A program made the translations under genes and the position numbers. Shown here piece by piece: positions 50,303 through 62,346 of a stretch of 64,000 nt of DNA; position 1 is the first letter of the stretch, and every line of letters starts with the position of its first letter. The notes under the pieces were generated by a model. The model saw nothing but the letters and a program-made list of their open reading frames with translations. It had not been told where the DNA came from and did no database searches. The stretch comes from Amoebophrya sp. A120 (taxonomy: Eukaryota; Protista; Dinoflagellata), in NCBI GenBank assembly GCA_905178155.1, contig CAJINV010000002.1, positions 820,422 through 884,421 on the forward strand. Direction: 5' to 3'.

Positions 50303-52349
50303 TTACTCGGCCTTGGCCTCCTCAGCCGCTGGCGGCTCGGGCATCTTCAAGCCGAGCAGTTTCTCGTACAGCATGACCATGCCGACCTTGGGCTCGAAGT
50401 CCATCGTGGTGGCGCCGGCCTCCTCTCCGAGCTCGCCGGTCCAGAAGTATCGAACGAGAGAATTTGTAATGCATTTTCGTTTTGAACATACACAAAAATG
50501 ACTGAGATTTATTGTAGTTCACGCAACGCAAAATCTGGGCTCGACAGCAGATTCCGATTACTTCTCATGCAAAGGCAAGATTCTAAGTCGATTTTGTCAT
50601 GCAGCAATGCATTCCGTTTCCGACCAAAACGAAAAGTTTGCATTCTCCTTTTCATAACGCGCCGGACACGATCAGGCCCTTCTCCTTGTTGACGGTGACG
50701 AGACCAGATTCGAACGGCAGGACTATGGAGGTCTCAAACGTCACATGCTCAACTGTTACATGACTTTGTGATGCAAAAATAGCAAGAGTGGAAGGGGGAA
50801 GATTGCGCGTCTTGCAATACAGGTTTGGCACAGATTTACATGCTGTTTAGCCCTTCGGAAATTTGTCATGCGAAGCAGCTTGATGGTGTAGATGCTGGTG
50901 AGAGTTTTGCATGACAAATCGTGTAAGAGTTGAGCATGTAACGGTTGAGAACGCCATAATGACGGTCGGGGTCTCCTTCGGGCGGGCCGGGGCCTCATCC
51001 ATGGTGCAGGCGGGAAACGGACCTGTAGAGTTTGGGGTGTGTATACTTACACTAGGAACTACACTGGCTCTGCCATGCAAAAATCCGCATTACAGACTTA
51101 CCAACCTGCTTTTAGCATTTCTCATGCAAGACTGAGAACAATTTTATCTTGAATCAATGCAGTCAAGCATGACAAATAAATACCCATGGCCGGGAGATCC
51201 GCCTTCATCAGGCCAATGTTCTGCTGGGTGAACACCTTGTAGACGACCTCGGTGTGTTATGAAAACGAAAAATGCTTGTGCTGTCACCATCAGTTTGTCA
51301 TGCATAACTCGCAAGACGGATCTTGGTTTAGTATTTGTGTTGTGGATTTGCGCAACACAAGTTTGTTCTCAACGCCGCGCTCAAGTTAGAAGCACATCTA
51401 CCAGCAGCTTGTGATGCGTAATTTCAATCAAAAGCTAAACTCCTCATGCTCAGCACACGAATAATGATGGTGATAACACTTTTCTTCCTTGTCGTATGTC
51501 GGTCTCGGACACGAAGGTGATCTTGTCAGCGGGGCAGAGGGAGACCCAGTCCGGGAAGGTGCCCTTGTAACCAGCGAGCATGCCGGACATTTCCTCGATC
51601 GAGAACTGGAGTTTGTGTATGTGATTTAAGTTTCAATTCATCATGCGAGAACAGCATTACGCTATTTCGAAATCTAAATCTGTCATGCACACATTCGAAA
51701 GACAACCATCTGTCATGCGTCGTTGTACATACCAACCATTTATACTTTCGGTGCGCCGGGTGGCGACATCCAGGCGTCCTCGGTGCAGCAGGACTTCAAC
51801 ACTTCGGCGATTTATGAAATGGAAAAGTGGATTATAGTAGTTTCTCATGCAGTTTTTTGATACAAAGTTGTACCCTGTCTTGGTACTCTCACCATCACAG
51901 ATTCCTGTCACTCATAGACAGCATTAACACCACGTCTGCGCAGGAGCTCAATTTGTCATGCTGAAAAGGAATCATGTCAGCACCTGGTCAGGCTGGAATA
52001 GCAATGGAAACTACTCGTAAAGGTTCCTCAGTCCCATACGTCAGCCATGTTGACGAAGGCCTTCACGAGCAGGGCGGAGTGAGCGTCGGTGACCTGATGA
52101 TGTTTTGAAAAGTTTGTATTTGTGATGCAAGACAGCGATTTCTATCGCAATTTCTCATGCGCAATCCTGCATTCACAAAACATAACAAGTTCAATCTACT
52201 TTGTCATGCAAAACACACAAAAAGATCCATCTCTACTATACCTTGCCAGCCTCCATCTGAGGCGGGGTAGCGGTCTCAGCCTTCGGGGCCTCAGCCGCCG
52301 GGGCGGAATCAGCCGCGGGCTTTGCTTCTTTGCCACCACAGGCACCCAT
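50303..52349 (-). CDS. Small putatively N-acylated protein (MGACGGK), SnoaL/NTF2-like fold candidate; ~8 short exons
   Basis: GC3-biased exons: MGACGGKEAK...EAGK|VTDAHSALLVKAFVNMAD|..SCCTEDAWMSPPGAPK|FSIEEMSGMLAGYKGTFPDW..|..VYKVFTQQNIGLMKADLPAMG|PFPAC..|..EEAKAE*. The fold assignment is an inference. Confidence 0.65.
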
Positions 52350-53088
52350 TTTTGTTTGCTTTGTCTTCGAAACAAGACGAAAAAAAAAAGTTTTTCTTCT
52401 GCTACGGTTGGTTGATTGGAAGGAGGATGTTTTGAATTTGTATGTACTGCCCTTATGCAGACAGAACGAATTTAAGTTTGCGATGTAGACTACTTCAGCG
52501 AAATAAATGGAGGGGGGGGGGGCTGTAGTTTGACGGGCCTAATGTACTTAATGGTTGGTTCCTGCTCATGATGGGGTAACAAATCGTAGAGATATCGGAG
52601 ACGTAGTGCGACGTTTAAATTCTGAAATCACGAATATTCCCCAGACGATGTTGTGTGTTTGCATCCCTAAAACTTCTCAAACACATGAACTCAACTTATC
52701 GCTCAGAAAAAGGAAAGGCTCGCTCTAAATACCTTGCCAAACAGTCTGATTGCATAAAACGAAAACTTCTCTCCGTCTGGCACACTCCATAAAAAGGCTT
52801 TGCTCACTCCGGCAAAAAAAACCCAGAAACACACCGAAATTTTTCGGTTTTTTTCCACCGACTTTGACGGGAAATTGTTTTTCTTTCTCACGGAAGCTAC
52901 TCTGCACGAACAACTTTTACGAGTGCGTGGTCTTCAAAATTGCGTCTAAATGACAGGGAAACTGTTTGTGAGTTTGCGCTTGTAGTCAGTACATACAGGA
53001 GTTGCAATTGCGTCTGTAGAATTGTTGCAGCTTCTGCCCATCATCTGCTGTTCAATTTCTTTTGTGAACATGTCGCTATCTGTCATTC

Positions 53089-53148
53089 TGTCCGGCAAAA
53101 CAAAAACTCGCCATACAGGACCAAGCAGTCGCGTTTAGAATTCTTTAG
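53089..53148. repeat. 60-bp dispersed repeat copy
   Basis: Identical to 59525-59584; first 38 bp also at 54469-54506. Confidence 0.9.
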
Positions 53149-53174
53149 GATGGTTGCATCTTCGGAGGACGCGG

Positions 53175-54531
53175 ATGGTTGCATCTTCGGAGGCTTCATC
53201 CCAAAATAAAGTTTTTCTCCAACACAACCCGGATGACACCGCTATTGCTTTATCGAAGGCAAGAACTACCTCTGTGGTCGAACAACTTGAAGATGGACGA
53301 GAACATGGGCGTGAGGTGGATCAAGAGCACCTGGTGCACGACGACCCCCGTGGTACTAGCAGGAGGAGAACGACAGCTTCTCAGGACGACGAAACGATCC
53401 CAGCAGCGGGAGTAGATGTAGAACCTCCAGAACCTCCGGGTCCGGCGGAAATAGTTGTAGAAGAGCATCCCCCTCAACCTCAAGGTCGTGGACACGAACA
53501 GAACCTGAACTTTTTAGAACAGAATCAGAAACAAAAGCAGGGCAAAGACGTAGTAGACCTGTCGCCTTCTTGTTGCGGCGATCTATTAGGAACAGCTCCT
53601 GCACAGGATGATCATTCTTCGCACCAACTAATCGCGTTCCGGAACAAGAGCCATGTACCTCCCCCACCAGCTGCGAAGAAGTCTTCAAATGATGGTGATA
53701 ATAAGTCAGTAGGTGGTCTCGGTCAGGGTCGTGACGTGTCGAAGAAGGAGTTGGAGGCGGTCCAGGACATCCAAGTATGCATTGCAATAAAAGCATCCTA
53801 CTCCTGTGTACAAATTTTCGCATATGTAACAAATTTTCTCATCTTCAAGAAAAGTGCTGCAATGTGCTATGCTAGATCAGGTAGAAGATGAACAAGTAGA
53901 TGAGTACAACTTCTGCGATTTATTTTGGTACGAGTGCGATGCTTTATGCTTTTGCAGTGGATACACGGCGCTCCTGCTGAACAATACTTGGGGCGCTCCA
54001 TCGCAAGAAGGTTTGTCGCTCGGACCCCTGCATGATTTCGGCTACACCTGCGGGTGCGAGCATGGCTTTCCGGCGACCGGAGCCGCTTGCACGGAACCAC
54101 ACGGAAATATTTGTGCCTCTTGCCACGACGAAGGCACCGTCAACTACCTGGCCAACAAGATTTGCTACCCCATAAACCACCCGCGGCCGAAGGCCGGTCG
54201 CTGGCTACCGGACACGGATGACCTGTTTCAGAACCAGAACATCCAACCTCTTCCAGCTCACATGGAAGACCCGTGCCGGTACGGAAAAGATCAATACGGA
54301 AAAACGGGCACCCGCGAACACTGGCAGACCCTGGAGGCGGGCGTAAGAGTTCGTGGGACGAGCGTTCGCAAGAACAAATGGGCCTGGCCTGGTAATGATC
54401 ATCTGAATCTGGAGGACTACCTCAACGATGTGTGGGAGGCGAATCAGGTGTGCTTTGGTGGTTGCAGGTGTCCGGCAAAACAAAAACTCGCCATACAGGA
54501 CCAAGCGGTTCTTTCTTCTGCTTGCAACTAG
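53175..54531 (+). CDS. Protein with a Cys-rich (EGF/furin-like) module; only plus-strand gene; start uncertain
   Basis: ORFs 53154..53891 and 53854..54531 joined by GT-AG intron 53775-53880; CGCEHGFPATGAACTEPHGNICASCHD..YLANKICY. Confidence 0.6.
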
Positions 54532-55353
54532 CATTTGATTTCATCGGGTGGTCTCGTGAGTTATTATACTTACGTTTACTTCGCTTCTTCATGTTCTTTT
54601 CCCTTGTCGGTCTAGATCTTGTTGTTCTGGGTATTAAATCGATGAGTGTAGTAGCTTGTCAAGAAATTATGCTAGGTGGTGGTCGTACTAGAGGCGATGG
54701 CATTGAAAATGGAAATTTGATGTGATGCTAGTTTTCAGCTTCTATCTACAGCCCGATTAAAATCTCAAAATTGTAGCATGCACACCAACCACTGCGCTAC
54801 TCCTCCCCAGGAAAGAACCCCAAGAGTAGACCCTCTCCAAAAGTAAACCTCAACACAATAAGCAATCTCATCTTCTCGAACAAGAAACCACCCACAACGC
54901 TATACGCTCGCTGCACTCAGAGTAGCGGTCCACTTCTAGACTCAACATCGAGCTCAGAAGGCATCAACCTGCACTGTGTTTATTTTCGCTTGTTCCGTTT
55001 GCTCCAAGCAGCACACTAGAAAGAACATCACGATCACTTCGCGTGGCAGGACAAGGACTGCTCACGGAATAGGTCGTGGTCGCGGCGCCAACGCTGATAC
55101 AACTTCAAGACTTCTTTTTGGGAGAATGGGTAAGTATCAAGAGCCACATCTGGAGGTGGATCCTACTAGCAACAACGTTTACTGCGTTACATCATGTTTG
55201 GATCGTTTAAATGCTTTACTCTAATTCATGTTCTTCATCGCTGTACTCAATCTACTTAATTCTTTGTTCGTAGAAGTCTTCTGCGACCGCTACGCACCTG
55301 TTTTCGTTTTGGTTTTCTATTTTGCTCGCTATACCAAATCATCATGTTCCTTG

Positions 55354-57408
55354 TCACACGATCTGCCGTCCCAGCCGTTTCCCAATGTTGAGAATCACCT
55401 TCACTACGTTCTCATCCACAAAACATATCCAGTGCAAAAGTATCGCACTCGTAGTATTAATTGCAATCATGCATTACAAATCTCCTTTCCAAGGTAAAAC
55501 AGCATGACAAATCTTATTTCTCATGCTGAGCAAATTTGTCATGCGATTTATACTAGTACGATACTTTTATTGCATTGCATAAAACAAACGCACGAGCAAT
55601 ATCATCAACTGCAACCTTTCCGTTTGTACCCTTTGCCGATGATTGTCTTCCAAATGTCGCCAATCTCGACCCGCGTCGTAGATATTCAAGAAATATTCGC
55701 TGTTTTCCTTTTTGAAAACATCAGTGGCAAAGTCCAAAACCCGGGTAAGTAGCTGCTGGCAATACTCAATATTCGCTTCCAAATTGTCCAGAGCGAGCTT
55801 CTTCTCCCGTGCTTCGCCTGAAAGATGCTGAAGACTGTTGTTGTTCCCTGTAGTTGTACTTGTAACACCACCGGTCTGAGAAAAATTACCTCCTGGTTTG
55901 AACATCTCAAAATCTCGAAACAGCGAGTCCAAGATCGGGAACATCTTTTCCAGCATGCTCGCCACCAATTTTTTCCCGTGGGTCAACGAGTTTTGATCGT
56001 GGAGCTGGGCACTGGCGGGAAGCCTTTTCGTCTTATTGGACAAATTGTACCAAATATTATAGTACAACCGCAGCGCCTGCGTTGTCGTCAAATTCGACAT
56101 GGCAGGGCTCCCGGGAAGGTCCTGCAACTCCGTAACCCCTGGGAGTCCCTTGTAGCATAAGACTAACCATGTCAACCGCCACAGCACGTCCTGCGCGTCT
56201 TGGTCGTTGGTGTCATTGTTCATGTTCATCGTATTGCTGTTGCTCAAGTCAGACGGGGATGATAAAGTTGACGTGGGCGTCGTTGACGCGAGGGTAGACA
56301 CCGCTTTTGTCAACGAGAGGATTATCTCATGGTAGATGATCTTGTCTCCGGCTGGGTTCGAGTTCGTGCTGCCAGTACTATCAAATGCAAAAATGTCTGG
56401 GTCTGGAAGAGTGCAAGTTTGTCATGCTTGTCTGGCATGACTCGAGAATCTGTGTTGCATAGGCACGAAAGAGCCATCCTAACTGTCATGCGAAAAGGCA
56501 GCTTGCCTTGCGGAATACGTAAGACATGGCAGCCACTACAAAATTTGTCATGCATAGCTGCGTATTGCGGCGCATCTATCATTCACTTTTAGCATTACAA
56601 GTTTCCAGACCCAGACATATTTGCATTTGATAAGTACTCGAAGCTGTGGTGTGATCCGCTGCGTTCATTTCCGCACCGGAAGTATAACAGTGCACAACTC
56701 CCCCTCTGCCTCATTTGTATAGCATGAACGGCAATACAAGCATCAGGAAGAGTGCCGGTCTTGCATGACAAATTTGCACTGGAGTACAGTGCTATTTGGG
56801 CTGCGAGATCTTGTCATGCAAACAGTGCCAACAGGCAAAGGGTGGATTGGGTATTTTGCATGACAAATGAGGGGGAGGGGGGGTTGTGCACTGTCATAGG
56901 AAGCGAGTTGCGCCGCGAAGTCTGGGTGATTGTCGCAGAGCCGGGACAAAATGTCTAGTAGTGTGTGGAGTTGCTCAAGTTTGAAATTTTTGAAGTTGAT
57001 ACCATGTTGCTGGTTTTGCTGCTGCATAACAAGATGAGTTATTCCCGCCTGCTGTTGTTGATGCTGTTGCACTTGGTTTATGAACGCGTCCCGGTACTCT
57101 TTCAACCTTCCCATCATGCTGCGAAAAATCGTGAGGATGATGTTTTTCATGTCGTTTGTGACGGTTTGCTTCGCGTTTAGCGGTAGTAGATCCATGATAA
57201 CATCGTCGTTGTCTTGCAGCATAAAAGTCAGCATGGACAGTTGGTCTTCCAAAGGGCTCGTTGCTTGCTGCTGAGTACCATCGGCCAGGTTGAGCGCTGC
57301 ATTTATTCCGCTTTGCTTCTTCTGCTTTTCCAAGTGGTCTTTTTGCTGGATTTGCTGCACCACCATGGTGGTGGTGGTGCTGGAAGCGGCAGAGGCAGCG
57401 GCTGACAT
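55354..57408 (-). CDS. Hypothetical helical protein with Gln-rich N-terminus; 4 exons; 3' end uncertain
   Basis: ORFs 56743..57408 and 55567..56313 joined across D and A introners. Confidence 0.65.
55426..55581. mobile_element. Introner family C
   Basis: TIR, TSD AAACA. Confidence 0.85.
56379..56632. mobile_element. Introner family A
   Basis: TIR, TSD AGTAC. Confidence 0.9.
56683..56898. mobile_element. Introner family D
   Basis: TIR, TSD GGAAG. Confidence 0.9.
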
Positions 57409-58380
57409 GATGCCGGGCGGCGGGGTGTCAGTGTATTAAAGCCGCTATTTCATTGCTTTTTCTTTTTGTAAGGAAAAACAATGTAGCAATAAAAACACCA
57501 CTAGCGCGGCCGCCTTGCATCTGGCTTTTCTACTATTAAATAAAGGAAGTGTTTGTATTGTTCCACGGGGTATTAAGTGCGAGGTGTGAAATAAACTTCC
57601 AAATAGTAGAAAGAATGGCGGCAGTAGCGATTTTCGATTGAAAAAACCAAAATACTCAAGTCCGCTGTGTAAAATTTCGGCGACAAGAAGTGCTAGCAAT
57701 AGCAAACGAGAGCAAGTGTGAAAGGAGCCCGAAAAAAAGACGGATAAATGGTTGAAAAACTTTATTCACTTCCAGACCATAGATTTCGTAAAAGTTTTCG
57801 AGTCTCTACCTTTATCGAGATTTCTGTTTCCGTTCGTGGTCCTGTTTATTTCGGTATTTTTTCGCAAAGACCACGAGCAGGTCTTTGCCAATTGATTTTG
57901 CAGCTTGGCTGCAGCTGAGTGAGGAATCTGCTTTGGCGTGATCCAGCACATTTCATGCGTGAAGATTAGCGTCGGTATATCTCCTATTTCATTCAGCAAG
58001 GTAGGATGAGTGGACTTTACGTCGTCCAAAGTGTTGCTCTAGAAGTTCCCGGTCGACGGTGTCTTTAATTTGCAGCAGGGGAACATCACGATAGACATCT
58101 ATCAGTGTGACAGAGGAGGATGTACAGTCGCGCTTGGTAGGACGCAACTTTGTTCCGCACCCTCCACGACCAGCGGCACTTGCAAAAATGCCACTTAGCG
58201 TTAGCACTGGTTTTCCAACATAGTATAACATAATTAGTCCTTCACAACTTCTGTATTCTCACCAGGTTCTTCGACGCAAGAAACTCATTTGTTGCACCTT
58301 GTTGCCTAATACGTCTGCGTGGTGAATAAATTTATTGTCTTTGAAAACAAAGCTGCGGCTGTACGCGAAAATTCTCTTTC

Positions 58381-59607
58381 TCAAATCACCGGCAACGTCC
58401 AGAGCGTATCTTTTTCCTCCTCTGGCGTCTCCGCCAGCATCTTCATATGCGTTGCAAATATGTCTGGATCTGGAAACTTGTGATGCTGGTGGGAGAAAGA
58501 CCAGCACACCTCAATTGGCTGCCAAGCATGACAAGTTTTGCAGATGCTTCAGCGTTGTCTATTCTGCATGACAAACCGGGCTTCTGCCTGAGAAAAGAAC
58601 GGCGCTGTTTGGTAACGCGCAAGACAAACTTGAGAATCATGCTAGCAGAGCATGACAAACCCTGCATCTATTTCCAGACCCAGACATATTTGCAATGCAT
58701 ACTTCAGTTGCAGCCCCAACAGCGTCTCTAACTCCGCGGCTTTCTGCTTGGCACCCTGCCTACTCGGAATGCTTGTCGTTGGCGAGTATGCATTGCAAAT
58801 ATGTCTGGGTCTGGAAGAATCCAAACTTGTCATGCAAACTCTGGATTACGCAAGAATCTGTGTTGCATGAAAGCCTCCAGAAGCTGTTCACTTTTTGAAC
58901 TGCAAATAGCAAGCTTCTCATGCAGAGTCGGCATCAGGAGACCTGAACAAATCCGAGCTTCTCATGCTCTTGCGCGCATTCCAGAGCATCTGTGAGATCC
59001 AAAAGATGCATGACAAACTTGCAAACCCTTCCAGACCCCGACATGTTTGCAGTTGATAGTGAGCTCCTTGCGTCGATGTGCTTTGTTTGGTGCTCGGTGT
59101 ACTGATTTAAAACCAGTTTCACCTTTTCTAGCCGGGATTTACTTTGAGAAGACGCGGTTTTCGCCGTGGTAGTCTCTTTCGACACTTTGTCTTGCATTTC
59201 CGTTGTAGTACCTGCTGCTTCTGCCCCCTGTACAACTTCTCCTGAAGTACTACTCGTACCACAAGCCCCCGTGCTGGTTCCAGCAGCTGACACGGTGGAT
59301 TCGATCGCCTGGTCTAGAATTTTCGCCTATTCTGTGCAAAAGTATCGTCCTCGTATTGCAAAATCACGCATTGCAAATCTTTTTCGTAAGGTAAATCCGC
59401 ATTACAGATTTTATCTCTCATGCTAAGGAAATTTGTAATGCATTTCTAGAGTACTATACTTTTGCAGTTCATATCACCAAATCCTCCACAAACCCCGCGT
59501 GTCGCAAATTCTGCTTCTCCAAATTGTCCGGCAAAACAAAAACTCGCCATACAGGACCAAGCAGTCGCGTTTAGAATTCTTTAGATTTCAACCACTGGTG
59601 GTTCCAT
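58381..59607 (-). CDS. Hypothetical protein, start and end uncertain
   Basis: NLEKQNLRHAGFVEDL|KILDQAIES...DARSS|PTTSIPSR...LQLK|MLAETPEEEK joined across three introners. Confidence 0.5.
58446..58701. mobile_element. Introner family A
   Basis: TIR, TSD CTTCA. Confidence 0.9.
58787..59058. mobile_element. Introner family A
   Basis: TIR, flanks GCGAG/GTGAG. Confidence 0.85.
59328..59473. mobile_element. Introner family C
   Basis: TIR, flanks TCGCC/TCACC. Confidence 0.85.
59525..59584. repeat. 60-bp dispersed repeat copy
   Basis: Identical to 53089-53148. Confidence 0.9.
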
Positions 59608-59662
59608 GGCGGACTTAAACTTATAGCTGTGCTTTAACTCGTCCGCACAGAGAATTCCAACC

Positions 59663-61343
59663 TCAAGCCCCCGGTACTTTCGCCAATTTCTTCCAGCTTT
59701 TCCCGCTGTTTTTCTTCGCCAGCGAGACCATCAACGATGCGTTTTTGTCCGTTAAATACCACGTGCAATCGTCCACGTCGACGGAATCGAATAGAGAAGC
59801 TTTAAAAACCGAGACCTTGTCGTACAACACTTCTAAATTCTGCGTTTTAAAAACCACCTTGACTTTCTTTTTATCATAAGACGTCGGTTTGGTCTCCTGG
59901 TCCTCAAAGCTGATCGCCGACAGCGGGAAAGAAACTTCCAATTCTGATCCAGCGTCCCGCCACTCGTAGAGAATTGCGCCTTCGGATTTGTTGGTTGTCT
60001 CGACCCCGTCTTTCGTTCTATAAACGACGTTTTCTTTCGGGGAAGTGTCCTGACTTCCAGTTGTAATCGCCTGCTGCCCCATGCCAGGAAGGTTCATCAG
60101 GTTGGCGAGGTTCGGGTTCTGCTGCTGGTACTGTTGCTGCATGTCTTGCGCGGTCGACTTGGTTTTGATTTGGTGCGCCGCAGCCTTGGCCCAGTCGCAG
60201 GTCAGGCTGTTGTTTTAGATTTCATGTTTGCAAATTTAAATTTGTGTTGCAGAAGACCATCTGTCATGAACGAGAGTTAGTATTTTTACAGATCTGAACA
60301 GTTAGTTTATTACAGATCAAAAAAGATTCTGTTCCCAACATTGCAGCGAATCTAAATCATCAAACATTTTCTATACCTCATATCCGTCAGTTTGAAATCC
60401 CTTCTCTTCCAAATGTCATCCTTCTCTGAATCTTCCACCCGACCTATCCTGAGTAAAAACGTACCCACACCAGAGTCAGGATGAGGATTTTGCAACACAA
60501 ACCTAGGAGTTTTGTGAGTCACGCATGACAAGTTGCACTATGCAGTGTAGTGCAGGTTAGCAAGTGCAGCCGCATCACAGATTCATCTGCTCATCCTGTT
60601 CACAGCATCACAAATTCCAAAACACGATTGGAAATGGCTCTCATGGGGATGCGCATTACAAGTCTTCCTGTCTTTGCGAATCTGCATTACAACTCTGGTG
60701 TGGGTACGTTTTTACTCAGGATATGACCTAGAAACGCATCCCCGTGGAAAATCTGCCCGTAGCCGATTTGGTTCACAAAATCCGTGACCCGCGTATTTTT
60801 CGGGAGTTTTTTCGCGATGCCCTTATCGTCGACATAAACGTTCACGCCGATGTGCTTCGACTTTTCCGTTGGTAAACACAAAGGGAAGATGTCCACGGTT
60901 TGCATCAGGGTGATTTGTTCCATCATTTCCGGCGAGAGGTTGTTGATCTGGTCCGCGGAAATCCCCACATCGGGTTGTCCTTTTGCAGCAGCAGCCTTTC
61001 CCGCATCAGCAGCATTGTTGTTTTTCTTCGTATGAGAAAGCAGATTCTGCTTTAATACGTCTTTATCCACGGTTGCGACCTCTCCGTCCACGTTCGCGGT
61101 GGATTTCGCGAAGTGTTTTTTCAGCAACTCAATAAACCCGTCTTCTCCTAGTTCCGCGACGCCGTGGAATTCCAGTTCCTCAATCGGATCGGTTGCGACC
61201 GCGGGGACGTAGAGGTACTTGAAAGTGGAAGGTTTGGGCTTCGCCTCCGGGTCGTGGCCGGTGACTTCTTTGATATTGTCCAGCGTCATGTTGTGCAAGT
61301 CTTTCGCCATCTTGTCCATTGCGGGGGACGTGGTGGAGGGCAT
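59663..61343 (-). CDS. CS (p23/NudC-like) domain protein; 3 exons
   Basis: C-terminal YEWRDAGSELEVSFP..KVKVVFKTQNLEV..LFDSVDVDDCTWYL..VSLAKK..WKKL, typical of CS domains. Confidence 0.78.
60445..60723. mobile_element. Introner family B
   Basis: ~32-bp perfect TIR TATCCTGAGTAAAAACGTACCCACACCAGAGT, flanks CGACC/TGACC. Confidence 0.9.
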
Positions 61344-62346
61344 GATTTAGGCTATGTGTTTGGGTTTTCGAGAGATAAAAGATCGTGCTGTAGCGAAGAT
61401 GAAAAGGGCTGCGTTAAAAAAGTTTGAAAAAAGAATCTGTATTACGGTAACAGGAGTAAAGAAGGGGACTTGTTTTTCCTGCGGCCGCGAATGCGTATCA
61501 AAAGCAGAACTAAATTTTAATGTATGCGTCGTTACAAGATCCTGTTGAAACAGAAACAGCTCGCAAATGAACTTGGTTTTCTTGTTCGGATCGCGGCAGC
61601 CGGGTCTGTAACATATCACGACCACGCAATCGGATCCATTTTGTACTTTTGCAGATCTGCTTGGAGGTATGATCGGTTTTATTGGATCCAAGTCAATTTT
61701 AAGAACCATTGTGTCCTGGTTCTTTAGATTGATCTTTTTTGGTTTGGTTTTTTCTTTTCGCACAAAATTTCTATCGCCTTTAGTAGAAGATGAGCTTGAC
61801 GATCGCATTTCATCTCAGACCACCGCTTATCTTCATTGCTGTTTCTTGTACGTACTTGATATCAGGCTGTTTAGATTTGTTCCTTCTGAAGGCTACTGAA
61901 GCTTTAATCAAATTTTGTACATACCTAAACGGGCAGACATTCCAAAACTAAACATCGTTTTTGCTAAAGATACAGATCCATTTCTCAAGTTGGTACAACA
62001 CTACGGATACGCCTTGCTATTCTTAGATTTCTTTATTATTTGTACAGAAAGGGCTGGAGGAATTTACAATTTCTTCGATCGCGGTTATAGAGTGAGACAC
62101 ATAATATTAATAAAAACTCTGAAGACGTAATTTTGAAATAAAACGAAACTTCTAACTGTAATCGTAATGCGAAACTGAAACGGTAAACCTGTTTGTTATC
62201 TTTAGCGATTTAGAAAATCGAAATGCGTCTAGAACAGAACTGCAGTGTACTTGTACAAGACAGGCAGCGTTGTACTACCAGCCACTAAATCCTACAGTGA
62301 AAAGAACCGCGCCTTGCAGCGGTTCAACGACCGTCACAATCCCTAC

